Assembly (NCBI GenBank): GCA_030698495.1
Contig: JAUYKA010000008.1
Span: forward strand, 14,895-78,894
Reading direction: 5' to 3'
From: a bacterium
GTDB lineage: Bacteria > Patescibacteriota > Andersenbacteria > UBA10190
Length of the DNA stretch: 64,000 nt
Position numbers and translations under genes: made by a program. Within the stretch, counting starts at the first letter, position 1, and the number at the start of each line of letters is the position of its first letter. Below the pieces are notes generated by a model. That model searched no databases and was not told the DNA's origin. It was given only the letters and a program-made list of their open reading frames with translations. Positions 21,099 to 31,464 of the stretch are shown piece by piece.

Positions 21099-22904
21099 AT
21101 GGATATGTTTGTGCAGAAACCATACGTTCTGGCGGAAATTGCCGGGGCTCACGATGGCAGTGAAGAGCGATTATTTCAATTGATTGATGCTATTGGTGAA
21201 ACAGGAGCCCATGGAGTTAAATTCCAATTATTTCAAGCCGAAGGGCTGGCCACACAAGATCATCCACAGTATGCAATATGGCAGCGCCTTTCCTTTACAA
21301 CAGATATATGGCTTAGGGCTATGGACAAGGCGCGAGGCCTCGGGTTGAATGTGTGGATCGATGTCTTTGATGACTGGGCGCAGGATTTTTGTCTAAAGCA
21401 CGAGAAAAAAATATATGGGTATAAGTTTCATGCAACAAAGGTATTTGACCCGAGAGTTCCCCGTGTTTTTTACGGGAGTAAGAAGCATATCCTTATTGGC
21501 ATAAGCGGTTATGAAGACAGCGAGGTGCATAAACTTGTAAATTTATACTCCAGGTTACGACACGCCTCAATAATTCTCGAACATGGTTTTCAGCAATACC
21601 CCACGCCTTTAAAGGAAGCCAGTCTGGCGCGCATTCGACACTTAAAAGATAGTTTTATGTTACCGGTTGCGTTTGCCGACCATACTAAAGGGGGCTCAAG
21701 GGAAGCCATGATGATTCCGGAATATGCTTATATGGTCGGTGCCTCTTTGATTGAAAAACATGTTTGTCTTTCCCGAGCCACTACGAAGTATGATTATCAT
21801 TCTTCGCTGGAACCGGGGGAATTAAAGAGAATGGTTGAGCGGCTACGTGTTTGTAATGATGTATTGGGTGAGGATACGCCCACTATTGCACAAATTGAAA
21901 ACACGAAACAAGTTGTAGTAAAACCGGTGTTAAAAAGAAGTATAAAAAAAGGGGTTGTGGTGGGCGAGAAAGATGTGACTTATCTTCGTTCCCCTAATCG
22001 TAACGCTTTAACTGCTGAACGGTTTCAATCTCTTTTTCCGGCAGTTACCGACATGGATCTGGTTGCGGGGCGTGTTATTGAGGGAAGAGATGTACATCGT
22101 CCTCGTGTTATTGCGGTTGTGCCTTGTCGAATGAAATCCACTCGTTTACCCAAGAAGGCTCTATTAGAAATAGGCGGAATGCCTTCTGTTAAACGAGCAT
22201 TGATAAACATAAAGACTTTTCCGGTGAGCCAGGTTGTGTTGGCAACTTCTATTAATGGCGAAAATGATGAGCTGGTGGAGTATGCCAAGGAATTAGATGT
22301 CTCGGTAGTGAGAGGACCAGAGGATGATGTGTTAGAGAGAATTATTTTAGCAGTCAATAAGTATCAGGCAGAGTATGTAATTCGTTGTCCGGCTGATTCC
22401 ATTTTTGCAAGCGGTGACATTATGCGTTTTCTGATCGAGCGGCATATTACATCCGGATATGATTTGACGACTCCCGCTCAACCATATTCTATTGGCACGG
22501 CGGGGGAAGTGTATACCGTCGAAGCGCTTTATAAATTACGCAAATTACTTTTTAAAACCGAGTATAGTGAATACTTGCCGATGTATTTTACTAATAATCC
22601 GTCTATTTTTACCGCACAGCGGGTTCTTCTTCCTGAACAATTTCGTAATGATCAATGGAGATTAACTCTAGATGAAGAAAGAGACTTGGAATTATTTCGT
22701 AAAATTTATGATTACCTTAAACCCGGCCACAATCCTGTTTTCTATGAGCAGGTTGCCGAGTTTTTTGCCGCCTATCCGGGTGCGGAGAAGATTAACGCGG
22801 GAGTTTCTACTAAATGGTGTGATGACTATGAATTAGTAAGAAAAATTACAGAGAAAACTACTATTTCAAAAAAAGTTATATTAACGAATCGGGCAGTTGT
22901 TTGA
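21099..22904 (+). CDS. NeuB/SpsE-family nonulosonate synthase (+SAF domain) fused to an SpsF-like cytidylyltransferase
   Basis: AEIAGAHDGS, VKFQ, FADHT, IEKH, then RMKSTRLPKK, RGPEDDVLER, RLTLDEERD. Confidence 0.85.
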   Translation: MDMFVQKPYVLAEIAGAHDGSEERLFQLIDAIGETGAHGVKFQLFQAEGLATQDHPQYAIWQRLSFTTDIWLRAMDKARGLGLNVWIDVFDDWAQDFCLKHEKKIYGYKFHATKVFDPRVPRVFYGSKKHILIGISGYEDSEVHKLVNLYSRLRHASIILEHGFQQYPTPLKEASLARIRHLKDSFMLPVAFADHTKGGSREAMMIPEYAYMVGASLIEKHVCLSRATTKYDYHSSLEPGELKRMVERLRVCNDVLGEDTPTIAQIENTKQVVVKPVLKRSIKKGVVVGEKDVTYLRSPNRNALTAERFQSLFPAVTDMDLVAGRVIEGRDVHRPRVIAVVPCRMKSTRLPKKALLEIGGMPSVKRALINIKTFPVSQVVLATSINGENDELVEYAKELDVSVVRGPEDDVLERIILAVNKYQAEYVIRCPADSIFASGDIMRFLIERHITSGYDLTTPAQPYSIGTAGEVYTVEALYKLRKLLFKTEYSEYLPMYFTNNPSIFTAQRVLLPEQFRNDQWRLTLDEERDLELFRKIYDYLKPGHNPVFYEQVAEFFAAYPGAEKINAGVSTKWCDDYELVRKITEKTTISKKVILTNRAVV

Positions 22905-22911
22905 AATTGCT

Positions 22912-23562
22912 ATGCAGCACATGAATAATAGAAACAATACTTATCTAACCAAAAGCGAAGAAAGTCGTTTACGGTTATTGGAGAAAAATTCTCATGAATA
23001 TCTAGAACAACTGCAGGACAGTGCTCTTAAGTGGTCGTGGAGAGGGTGGATACCGCGGGCGCTGGGGAGATCTAAGTATTCCTTGTGGGCATGGCAAACA
23101 CGAGTTCCTCTGGCGCATCGTTGGTCCTTAATTCTTCAGCAATGTGAAGAATTAAGGACTTTTTTGATCCAGTCGGATTCATGGGAAAAAGCGCGATGTA
23201 TGAATGTGCTTGATTTGGGATGTGGTTTTGGCATGTATTGGCCAATATTGAGGGAATATGGATTCCGTAAGTTTGTGGGAATAGATTTATTCGATATGAG
23301 GGGGAGGCAGCAATATTTTAAAGCGGCGAGAAAATATATTGGAAAATTTTGTTCGGACTGTGAAACTCAATTAATTATGGACGATGTTCGAAATCTAGAT
23401 AAACATAAACTGCTGGCTGATAAGTTTGATATAATTTTAAATATAGCAACTACCTCCACAAAACTTAGATCCACCGGTATTCCCCACGATATTCTAGAGA
23501 GTGTCGGGAAAAAACATGGGGCAGAAAATTGCCTTATAGTCGACGTTGCCAAGGCCCATTAA
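22912..23562 (+). CDS. Class I SAM methyltransferase
   Basis: VLDLGCGFG, GIDL, KFDII motifs; ATG at 22912. Confidence 0.7.
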   Translation: MQHMNNRNNTYLTKSEESRLRLLEKNSHEYLEQLQDSALKWSWRGWIPRALGRSKYSLWAWQTRVPLAHRWSLILQQCEELRTFLIQSDSWEKARCMNVLDLGCGFGMYWPILREYGFRKFVGIDLFDMRGRQQYFKAARKYIGKFCSDCETQLIMDDVRNLDKHKLLADKFDIILNIATTSTKLRSTGIPHDILESVGKKHGAENCLIVDVAKAH

Positions 23563-23571
23563 TTGCATGTT

Positions 23572-24636
23572 ATGACACACACTTATGTGATAGGTGAAAT
23601 AGGGCAGAACCATAATGGTTCTGTGGGTCTGGCAAAACGCATCATTGATATAGCGTCTATGCCGGTTATTGACAATAATGGCCGTGAGTACAAGGCAATG
23701 GATGCGATCAAGCTGCAAAAAAGGGACCTACGTGAAGAGATGACTGCTTCAGAGAGGCTAAAAGCGTATGATAGTACAAATTCTTTTGGTAGAACATACG
23801 GAGAGCACAGAGCGTATTTAGAATTAAGCAACGAGCAGCATGCGGAGCTTTATTACTACGCTAAAAATAGAGGGCTGGAGGTGGTGGAAACCATTTGCAG
23901 TGTGGGAGCGCTGGAGCTGCTTGATTTTTTTAAACCAGATAAATTAAAAGTTGCTTCAAGGGATCTGACTAATTTGCCATTGGTTGAGGCGATGGCAAGA
24001 ACTAAAATACCCCTTATTCTTTCGACGGGGATGTCGGGAATTGAAGATTTGGCAGAAGCTTTAAAAATTGTCAGTGCGTATCAATCCAGAATTACTATTT
24101 TGCATTGTCTTTCCCAGTATCCGGCGGATTATAAAAATATAAATTTGCATACCATTACATATCTTCGCCGGGAATATCCTCAACATATTATCGGTTACTC
24201 TGACCATAGTGAAGGCATTATGATTCCAGTTGCGGCGGTGTCTTTGGGCGCTCAAGTTATTGAAAAGCATTTAACATTGAATCGTGCAATGAAAGGATCT
24301 GATCATCGGGGGGCCTTGGCCCCTGATGGTGTTTTTCGGATGATGCGCGATATACGACATTTGGAGTTGGCTCTAGGAGAGCCAATAATGGAAGCTCATC
24401 CTGCAACTACCATCGCAAGGGATAAACTGGAAAGGTCAGTTGCTGCCAGAAGAGACCTGATGATTGGAGAGATTATAACAGAGGAAGATATCCATTTGCT
24501 TAGTCCGGGGATGGGGTTGAAATGGAGAGATAGAGGAAAGATTCTAGGACGCAAAGTCAAGCAGGTTGTCAAAAAAGATGAGCTGATACTATTGGAAGAT
24601 TGCACGCAGGAGACCGTGCTGCAAAAAGTAGCCTAA
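23572..24636 (+). CDS. neuB: NeuB-family synthase, KDN-9-phosphate-synthase-like
   Basis: EIGQNHNGS, SFGRTYGEHR, KVASRDLTNLPL, HCLSQYP, GYSDH, IEKH, MKGSDH, SAF domain. Confidence 0.85.
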   Translation: MTHTYVIGEIGQNHNGSVGLAKRIIDIASMPVIDNNGREYKAMDAIKLQKRDLREEMTASERLKAYDSTNSFGRTYGEHRAYLELSNEQHAELYYYAKNRGLEVVETICSVGALELLDFFKPDKLKVASRDLTNLPLVEAMARTKIPLILSTGMSGIEDLAEALKIVSAYQSRITILHCLSQYPADYKNINLHTITYLRREYPQHIIGYSDHSEGIMIPVAAVSLGAQVIEKHLTLNRAMKGSDHRGALAPDGVFRMMRDIRHLELALGEPIMEAHPATTIARDKLERSVAARRDLMIGEIITEEDIHLLSPGMGLKWRDRGKILGRKVKQVVKKDELILLEDCTQETVLQKVA

Positions 24637-24643
24637 ATTAGCC

Positions 24644-25207
24644 CTATATCGTTTTGGCGATCAGTAGTAATTCTAGTATTTCTCTGACGGCGCCGTCCCC
24701 GCCTGAAGATTTAGTAATGTACCCTTTTGTTTTTTGGACAAAATCAATGACTGGCGGGTAAGAATCTTTTACGGCAATGGGCAATCCAACTGCCCGGAGA
24801 CAGTCAAGGTCATTTAAATCATTGCCAACATATATTGTATTTTTCAAAGAGATTTTTCTTGATTTAGTCTGTTTTTGTAACTCAATTAATTTATTGGTGA
24901 CGCCGTGATATGCTTTAATTTTTAATTTGTTGGCACGAGAGACGACGATGTTGTTTGCTTCTGCGGATATGATTATAAATTTAAGACCCAGGGCGACTAA
25001 TTCTTTATAACCAAAAAAGTCACTGCGATCACATTGAACATACTCTAACCCCTCTCGATCTATTAATACTTTATTATTGGTGATTACTCCATCGAAATCT
25101 AAAACAACAAGCTTACAATTGCTAAGTATTTCTTTAGTTTTCTTGGGTAATCTATCAAATCTATTTTTAGCCTCTTTATTTTTGATGATGATATTGACGT
25201 AGTTCAT
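24644..25207 (-). CDS. HAD phosphatase, KdsC/KDN-9-P phosphatase family
   Basis: LDFDGVIT, YVGNDLND, GGDGAVRE motifs. Confidence 0.85.
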   Translation of the reverse strand: MNYVNIIIKNKEAKNRFDRLPKKTKEILSNCKLVVLDFDGVITNNKVLIDREGLEYVQCDRSDFFGYKELVALGLKFIIISAEANNIVVSRANKLKIKAYHGVTNKLIELQKQTKSRKISLKNTIYVGNDLNDLDCLRAVGLPIAVKDSYPPVIDFVQKTKGYITKSSGGDGAVREILELLLIAKTI

Positions 25208-25219
25208 ATTAATGTCTCT

Positions 25220-26131
25220 CTATTTCTTACGGCAAACTACACGCTTAACACTACTGCCGTTCATTGTAATTTTGCCTTCTATAGCACGAAAATTATTTTT
25301 GATGAACTTGAGTACCTCCAAGCGCTGGTTGGTTGATCCGATAGTATCAAGGCCATCGCCGTCAGAGCTAATATAGTCGAAGATAAAGTAACCACCTGTT
25401 TGCAGCTGCCGGTGCAGATGCCGGACTATTGACAGCGGGCGGGGGAGATGCTCAAGAACAGTCAAACAAGTAATAACATCATAAGTATTTTTTAGAGGAG
25501 CGGTGTCAATGGGATCAAGGGTTTTTATCTCCACATTTTTATAGTTTTGCAGTTTCCAGCGAGCGAAGTGAAGCAGTATGTTTGGTATATCTGTTCCGGT
25601 TAATTTTAAATTAAGTTCGGGATAATAGCGGGCTAGGTTTTGTGTGATCGGCGCAAGTCCGCAGCCATACTCGCAAACAGAATCTCTTTTTTTGATATAT
25701 TTGCGAATACTCCAGACAGAGATCGGGTGGAGAGCCAGTTTGTATTGATAGGCAAAAATAAGGTAGGTTGTGGCGGGGTCCTGCCATGTCGATAAAAAGG
25801 ATTCCCTGTTTTGTTCTTGGTTAGCGGCTATTCTAACGAACTGAAATTTTGATCTATAGAGTCCATAAAGGTAGAAAAAATCAGGAAGAGACAATCGGCA
25901 TAATTGAAGTTCGTATTTCCAATAGTTTTGAAATTCATTAAACCACCCCAGCACCAGATTGGCATATACCATTCTTTTCCATATCCCGCTGATTTGTAAC
26001 GCTGCCAAACTCCAAAATTGTATTTTTCTGGTTAGCATTAGACCCGGCTTTTGGGTGCTTTGGGATCTTGGCGGAGAGGATAATAACCTATTAATATCCA
26101 ATTCTACTAGGTCGTAGTGGTTTTTAAGCAT
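25220..26131 (-). CDS. Class I SAM methyltransferase
   Basis: CEYGCG, YDVITCLTVLEHL motifs. Confidence 0.8.
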   Translation of the reverse strand: MLKNHYDLVELDINRLLSSPPRSQSTQKPGLMLTRKIQFWSLAALQISGIWKRMVYANLVLGWFNEFQNYWKYELQLCRLSLPDFFYLYGLYRSKFQFVRIAANQEQNRESFLSTWQDPATTYLIFAYQYKLALHPISVWSIRKYIKKRDSVCEYGCGLAPITQNLARYYPELNLKLTGTDIPNILLHFARWKLQNYKNVEIKTLDPIDTAPLKNTYDVITCLTVLEHLPRPLSIVRHLHRQLQTGGYFIFDYISSDGDGLDTIGSTNQRLEVLKFIKNNFRAIEGKITMNGSSVKRVVCRKK

Positions 26132-26170
26132 ATTTTGAGTCTACTGCCAAAATATGTACGATGAAAGGAT

Positions 26171-26845
26171 ATGGCAGGATACACATCAAAATTAGGCTAT
26201 TGGTGGTCAGCTACTTATCGTCGTAAGGCTCTGGATAGGTTGCAGTCTCAATATGCCGGCTATTATAGGGGGGTGGTGATTGATATCGGCGGACGTGATC
26301 GCGGGCGTTTTAATAAACCCAAGAAAAAGGTTGATAGGTGGGTTTTCGCCGATATAGAAGTGGGCCATAAACCGGATATTGTTTTAGATGTGATGGATAT
26401 GCAGGGTGTAGAAAGCGGGAGCGTGGATGTGGTTAATGCTATCGAGTTGTTTGAACACGTTGCAGATCCCAGGAAGGGGTTAGGTGAATGTTGGCGAGTA
26501 TTAAAGCCCAGGGGTGTTTTGGCGGTTTCTACTCCTTTTTTGTATCCCATTCATGGCGATCCGCACGACTATCAGCGCTGGACAGAAAAGCAGTGGCGAG
26601 TGTCTCTAGAATTGGCAGGTTTCAAAGTTGTACATTGTAATATTATGGGCAGATACTTTTTTGTATTGGCTGACATACTTAAAGATGGTTTGAAACAGCT
26701 ACCGGGTCTTTTGAAGTGGTTGGGCATTCCTTTAATGTTGCTGTTGGATTTGTTGACAGTTCTAGATAGGTCTGAACTTGTTCTTAAATCTAAGAAACTT
26801 AGTCAATACCATGGAGGATATTTTATAGTTGCTAAAAAAACATAA
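26171..26845 (+). CDS. Class I SAM methyltransferase (type 11)
   Basis: IDIGG, ELFEHV, RVLKPRG, TPFLYPIHGDPHDYQRWT motifs. Confidence 0.85.
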   Translation: MAGYTSKLGYWWSATYRRKALDRLQSQYAGYYRGVVIDIGGRDRGRFNKPKKKVDRWVFADIEVGHKPDIVLDVMDMQGVESGSVDVVNAIELFEHVADPRKGLGECWRVLKPRGVLAVSTPFLYPIHGDPHDYQRWTEKQWRVSLELAGFKVVHCNIMGRYFFVLADILKDGLKQLPGLLKWLGIPLMLLLDLLTVLDRSELVLKSKKLSQYHGGYFIVAKKT

Positions 26846-27732
26846 TGGCAGGACATGAAATTATAATCCAGGGATCTTCGTATCAGATTGATCTTTTGCA
26901 GAAATATAACGAGGATAGCAGTGTGCCAAGGTTGGTTATTATTAGTTACCTGCCGAATAAAGAGGCGCAGAGAATATTGCAGACAGCCTTGCGAGCGATT
27001 GAGGTTTTCACGCCCGGGAAGAAAGAAGTGTGGGTAATAGATAACGCGTCTCCTGATGAGGCGGTTCGGTGGCTGCAGAAGCAAGAGAATATAAATATTG
27101 TTTTGAATAAGACTGTCCCCGTATTACCTTGGGGTTTTTTGCGCCGGTTACCTTATTTTAAAAAAAGAATGAGTTCGGGCAGTTTTGCCAATGCTGTGGG
27201 TCTAGAGATAGCTAGTAAACTTATTGACCCCAACTCGAAATATTTTATGTCCCTGCACATGGACGTTATGCCGACTAGGATAGGGTGGCTGAGTTTTATG
27301 TTGTCTAAGTTGAATGACCGAGTGAAGGCAGCCGGAGTGCGTCTTGATAAGGCCCGTTCCCCTGAAGGGGTTTTGCATATTCTGGGATGTCTTTTTGATT
27401 GGCAGTTGTTCCAACAACTCAACGTATCTTTTTTGCCGGCATTACCGGAATTTGATGTAGGGGATAAAATAACAACGGAGTTTAGAGCTGCTGGCTATGG
27501 CGTTTATGCTTGTCCTAATACAATATGGAATCCAAGGCTGGCAGATGATTTGTCCGCGTCATCTCCTTTTAAAAATTTTAATGTTGACCGATCTTTTGAC
27601 GATGAGGGAGATGTTATTTTTTTACATCTGGGAAGGGGAATAAAAAAATCATCTTCTAATCGCAGCAGCTCTTATAAGGTTGATGCAGAAAAGTGGATTG
27701 AGTTTGGTGAGCAGCTTTTAAAAGATGGCTAG
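26845..27732 (+). CDS. GT2-like glycosyltransferase
   Basis: WVIDNASPD and SLHMDV motifs. Confidence 0.65.
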   Translation: MAGHEIIIQGSSYQIDLLQKYNEDSSVPRLVIISYLPNKEAQRILQTALRAIEVFTPGKKEVWVIDNASPDEAVRWLQKQENINIVLNKTVPVLPWGFLRRLPYFKKRMSSGSFANAVGLEIASKLIDPNSKYFMSLHMDVMPTRIGWLSFMLSKLNDRVKAAGVRLDKARSPEGVLHILGCLFDWQLFQQLNVSFLPALPEFDVGDKITTEFRAAGYGVYACPNTIWNPRLADDLSASSPFKNFNVDRSFDDEGDVIFLHLGRGIKKSSSNRSSSYKVDAEKWIEFGEQLLKDG

Positions 27733-27734
27733 GA

Positions 27735-28718
27735 TCAAAGAAAAATTTTACTTAGCTGGTACAGGCGATATTTTAGCAATAATTTTTTTTGGACGAGCTT
27801 GGGTGGCGTCAGATGTTTTTGTTTGGTTGTTTGATTAGCAAATGACAAATAATCTTGAGAGACTTTTTGTATGGAATGGTCTGCTTTTTTATAGATATTT
27901 TTATCTAAGTTTTTGGATACTCTATTAATAATTTCCAAAATATCTTTCTGTCCCTTGAATAGTTCTCCTTGCGATCCGATTAGTTCTGGGTGTCCTCCGC
28001 TATTCAATGCAATGGCCGGAAGACCGCAAGAAAGTGCCTCTATCAGTGAATTTGAGCAGGGATCATTTTTTGAAGCAGTAATATACATATCGTGTTGTCG
28101 CAGAATATTAGCTAGTTCGTTAGAGTGAAGAGGTTTAATAATCTTAATATTTTTGAAGTCTACTGTTGTGTTGCCAACAAAAGTCATGTCGTATTTGCTG
28201 AAATCTAGATTATTGTCTAAATATTGATATATTTGAAATCCTTTTCTGGGATTGCCCGACCAGGAAGTGGTAATGATTTTTATTTTATGGTTGCTATGAT
28301 GATTGTTGCTTGGGAAGAATATTCTAGAATCAGCGGCATTGCTAATGATTGTGCTGTTTTGGTGGGTGATATTAAAAATCTTCTCATTTTCTTTCTTGGA
28401 CCACTTTGACTGAAAAACTATTCCGTCTGCATATAATGTAATGAATTCTTTTATCAAATAATCGATATATTTATCCTTACCTCTTACTAAAGATATGGGG
28501 CCGTCTATTCGCGCAATGACTGGTTTTTGGTTGTTGGCGATCTTATTGATTAGTTCTGGTATTGCCGTTGGGTTAACGTTGGCTATCAGGCAATCTGCTG
28601 CTTGGTGGGTGTCAGAATATGCATTTTGGTTTTCTAACTCTTTTTTTAGTGCTTTGAGAAATTGATTTCCCCCACCATAAGGACCGTCAATCAAAGAGTT
28701 TAATATGTGGAACTTCAT
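27735..28718 (-). CDS. GT4 glycosyltransferase
   Basis: DPCSNSLIEALSCGLP, GGHPELI motifs. Confidence 0.85.
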   Translation of the reverse strand: MKFHILNSLIDGPYGGGNQFLKALKKELENQNAYSDTHQAADCLIANVNPTAIPELINKIANNQKPVIARIDGPISLVRGKDKYIDYLIKEFITLYADGIVFQSKWSKKENEKIFNITHQNSTIISNAADSRIFFPSNNHHSNHKIKIITTSWSGNPRKGFQIYQYLDNNLDFSKYDMTFVGNTTVDFKNIKIIKPLHSNELANILRQHDMYITASKNDPCSNSLIEALSCGLPAIALNSGGHPELIGSQGELFKGQKDILEIINRVSKNLDKNIYKKADHSIQKVSQDYLSFANQTTKQKHLTPPKLVQKKLLLKYRLYQLSKIFL

Positions 28719-29818
28719 GTGTGTTGTTTGAGGAGGGGTTTATATAGTTCGTTATAGTATCTTTGGGCAATAAGAGGCCAGTCAAATTTTTTAGCTTGAG
28801 TATAAGCTTGTTCCGTTAGCTGCTTATTTAGTTCTTTGCTGCTTATTAATGTGGATATTTTTTGTGACAGCGTCTTTACGTCCTCACTATTTGCCAATAG
28901 TGCTGTCTTTTTATCATTGGCTATATCTGGTACCATGCCCACTTCTGTACTGATTACCGGTATTTTACTGGCCCATGCTTCCAATAATGCCAGTGGGCCA
29001 CCCTCTTCTCGGGATGTTATCAGATAAGCGTCTAGCGCGGAGTAATAGGGAGCTACTTCGTTAATGTCTGGGAGATATCCAAGATGAGTAAAGGGGACGC
29101 CGGCTTTTTTAAGGTTGGTTTTTACATAGCCCCTCGCTGGACCAATTAGCAGTACGTGTAGGGGGTGGCTTTTGTTAACCTCTTTCACTGTTTTTATAAA
29201 GATGTCCGGACCCTTTTCTAGTTTTGGTTGCAGGCCGTCTTGCCAGCCGATACCGTCTTTTTGGAACGATCCAATAACGAAAGAATTTTTAGGAATGTTT
29301 AATTTTTGTCTAATGGAACTTTTTTTGCCACTGTCGGCTGGTTTAAAAGTTTGAAGGTCAACTCCTAAAGGAATTACCTTGACTTTATTTTCAGGAATGC
29401 CTTTGTCGATTATTTTCTTTTTGGTATTTTCGCAAGAAGTATGGATATAGAAAACTTGGTTGGAAATTCGTACTAAGAAGAAAGGGTTACTTTTTTGGGG
29501 CAGTAAGTGAAAGATGGAGAGGACATATTTATTATTGAGTGTTAATTTCTTGGGCTGTTTACCCCGGAAGATGGTGTGCAGTGAGCCAAAATGAACCAAG
29601 CTGTTTCGAAGAGCAAAGTTTGTAGATGTTATGGTTGCTTTTATATCAGTTGAAGTATTTATGTTTTTGATGACTTGAGATCCAACATACCTTATTGCCC
29701 ATGATTTTGCTTCGACAACGTAGGACAGATCTCTCGGACTAATAATGTTATTAGCGAGACTCTTGGCAATGAAAGTTTTACTTTTCCAGTTTCTGAACAA
29801 CTGCATATAGTTCCCCAA
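28715..29818 (-). CDS. GT4 glycosyltransferase
   Basis: IPLGVD, EKGPD, SREEGGPLALLEAWA motifs. Confidence 0.85.
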   Translation of the reverse strand: MGNYMQLFRNWKSKTFIAKSLANNIISPRDLSYVVEAKSWAIRYVGSQVIKNINTSTDIKATITSTNFALRNSLVHFGSLHTIFRGKQPKKLTLNNKYVLSIFHLLPQKSNPFFLVRISNQVFYIHTSCENTKKKIIDKGIPENKVKVIPLGVDLQTFKPADSGKKSSIRQKLNIPKNSFVIGSFQKDGIGWQDGLQPKLEKGPDIFIKTVKEVNKSHPLHVLLIGPARGYVKTNLKKAGVPFTHLGYLPDINEVAPYYSALDAYLITSREEGGPLALLEAWASKIPVISTEVGMVPDIANDKKTALLANSEDVKTLSQKISTLISSKELNKQLTEQAYTQAKKFDWPLIAQRYYNELYKPLLKQHT

Positions 29819-30452
29819 AATTTATATGATAATGTAGTATTTTTAGGTTGGCTTCTTTAATCTCTTTAAAGAAGGAATGTAGATCGTATTCAATGTAGTG
29901 GGTGTCGTCTAGACGATAGGCAAATCCTTCATTCTTTTTATAGACACTAATCCAATCTCTGGTAATCATTGGTACTCTTATAAGTATGCGGGGTGCTATG
30001 CCGGATAGTTTTTTTAGAAAATCGACTCGGTTTTTTATATGCTCTAAGACGTTGGATAAAATTATTACATCGAATTTCTGGTTAAAGCGGTAGGTGGTAG
30101 CGTCTCCTACTATATAGCTTAAGTTAGTTGGAGTTTTATTTTCATCGGCTAATTGTATGTTTTTATTTGAGATATCTATGCCGACAACTTCTTTAGCTTT
30201 TTGACTGACGCTTCTCGCGACTTCTCCTTTCCCGCAACCAATATCTAGTACTGTGTTGTTTGCATCTATATTATCCAAGAAGAATTTGTGATAATTGATA
30301 ATTGTGTGTTTGGGGTGGGTACCGCTACTTGAGGCAAAAAATGAGATGAGCTGATAGGAGGCGTTGTGTATTGTGACTAGCAACCTAGTAATAGGGCGAT
30401 TTAGGCGCGATTTCCTAAGAATTATTAGCAGATAGTGGATTATTTGGCGCAT
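29778..30452 (-). CDS. Class I SAM methyltransferase
   Basis: VLDIGCGKG, FDVIILSNVLEHI motifs. Confidence 0.85.
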   Translation of the reverse strand: MRQIIHYLLIILRKSRLNRPITRLLVTIHNASYQLISFFASSSGTHPKHTIINYHKFFLDNIDANNTVLDIGCGKGEVARSVSQKAKEVVGIDISNKNIQLADENKTPTNLSYIVGDATTYRFNQKFDVIILSNVLEHIKNRVDFLKKLSGIAPRILIRVPMITRDWISVYKKNEGFAYRLDDTHYIEYDLHSFFKEIKEANLKILHYHINFGELYAVVQKLEK

Positions 30453-30456
30453 CAGA

Positions 30457-31464
30457 TTATTCTAAGAGTGATTCAAATACTTTTAAATATCTAGTAGACA
30501 TTTTATTTAAAGCAAAGTCCGAGATGGCCTTATTTCTGGCTGCAGACTTGTAGGTTGGCAGGCCGTTGATTATTCTATGCATGTTTTTTGCTAATTCTTC
30601 CAAGTTGTAAGCTCTTCTTTTATAGAAGGCGTTAGAATTAATTCTGATTAATTCGGCTTCGTGACCACTACTAACAAGCTCTGGCATAGCTCCGTCGCCA
30701 ATTCCTGCTATGGGAAGCCCGCAGGACAGTGCTTCAACTACATTATTCGGGCAGGGAGGGTTTAGGTGTGTGAAAACAAAAACATCAGCTGCTCTTAAGT
30801 AGGCGGGAAGCTGCTTGTTTTCCACTATACCTACAAAATCTATGTTTTTTTCGCCTCTGTATTTAGAGGGAATATTTTTTGTTGATCTTGTGAAATTTCC
30901 CACTACTACCAGCTTACTGTTCGGGTTATATTTTTTTAGGTATGTCTTAAAAGCTGCGATAACGGGATTAATTTGATCTAGGCGTCTGAAGCGAGAGGCA
31001 GTTATGAAAACATTTTGGTTGGGGGTTGCTCTAAGTTGTTTGGTGTTTCCAATATTAGAAAAAAAGTCCGTATCTACTCCGTTATAAATTATGGTATGTG
31101 GCCGTGAGGTTTTTCCTAGAAATTTGTTGCAACAGTATAGGGAGAATTTGCTTTGATAAATTGTGTAATCAGTAAAAAAATGATGGATGATAAATAAGGG
31201 AGTGTTATATAGGGGGTATAACCAACTGGCAGTAGTTGTGGGGTAATACACGCCATCTAAGCGCTGCACTATTGGTTTGCCTCGCTTTTTTGCGTCAAAT
31301 AAGAATTTCCAGGGAGCGGTTGGCGAGGCTAGTAAAATATCATAGTTAGTTTCATAAGAAAAAATAACTGTATGTCCTAATTTTTGCAGTCCGGTTTGCA
31401 GTTTCTGGGCAAAAGACGAGGTGCCTCCGGTTGATCTTAATTTAATTGGTAAAAAGATAACCAT
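30457..31464 (-). CDS. GT4 glycosyltransferase
   Basis: IYNGVD, PCPNNVVEALSCGLP motifs. Confidence 0.85.
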   Translation of the reverse strand: MVIFLPIKLRSTGGTSSFAQKLQTGLQKLGHTVIFSYETNYDILLASPTAPWKFLFDAKKRGKPIVQRLDGVYYPTTTASWLYPLYNTPLFIIHHFFTDYTIYQSKFSLYCCNKFLGKTSRPHTIIYNGVDTDFFSNIGNTKQLRATPNQNVFITASRFRRLDQINPVIAAFKTYLKKYNPNSKLVVVGNFTRSTKNIPSKYRGEKNIDFVGIVENKQLPAYLRAADVFVFTHLNPPCPNNVVEALSCGLPIAGIGDGAMPELVSSGHEAELIRINSNAFYKRRAYNLEELAKNMHRIINGLPTYKSAARNKAISDFALNKMSTRYLKVFESLLE

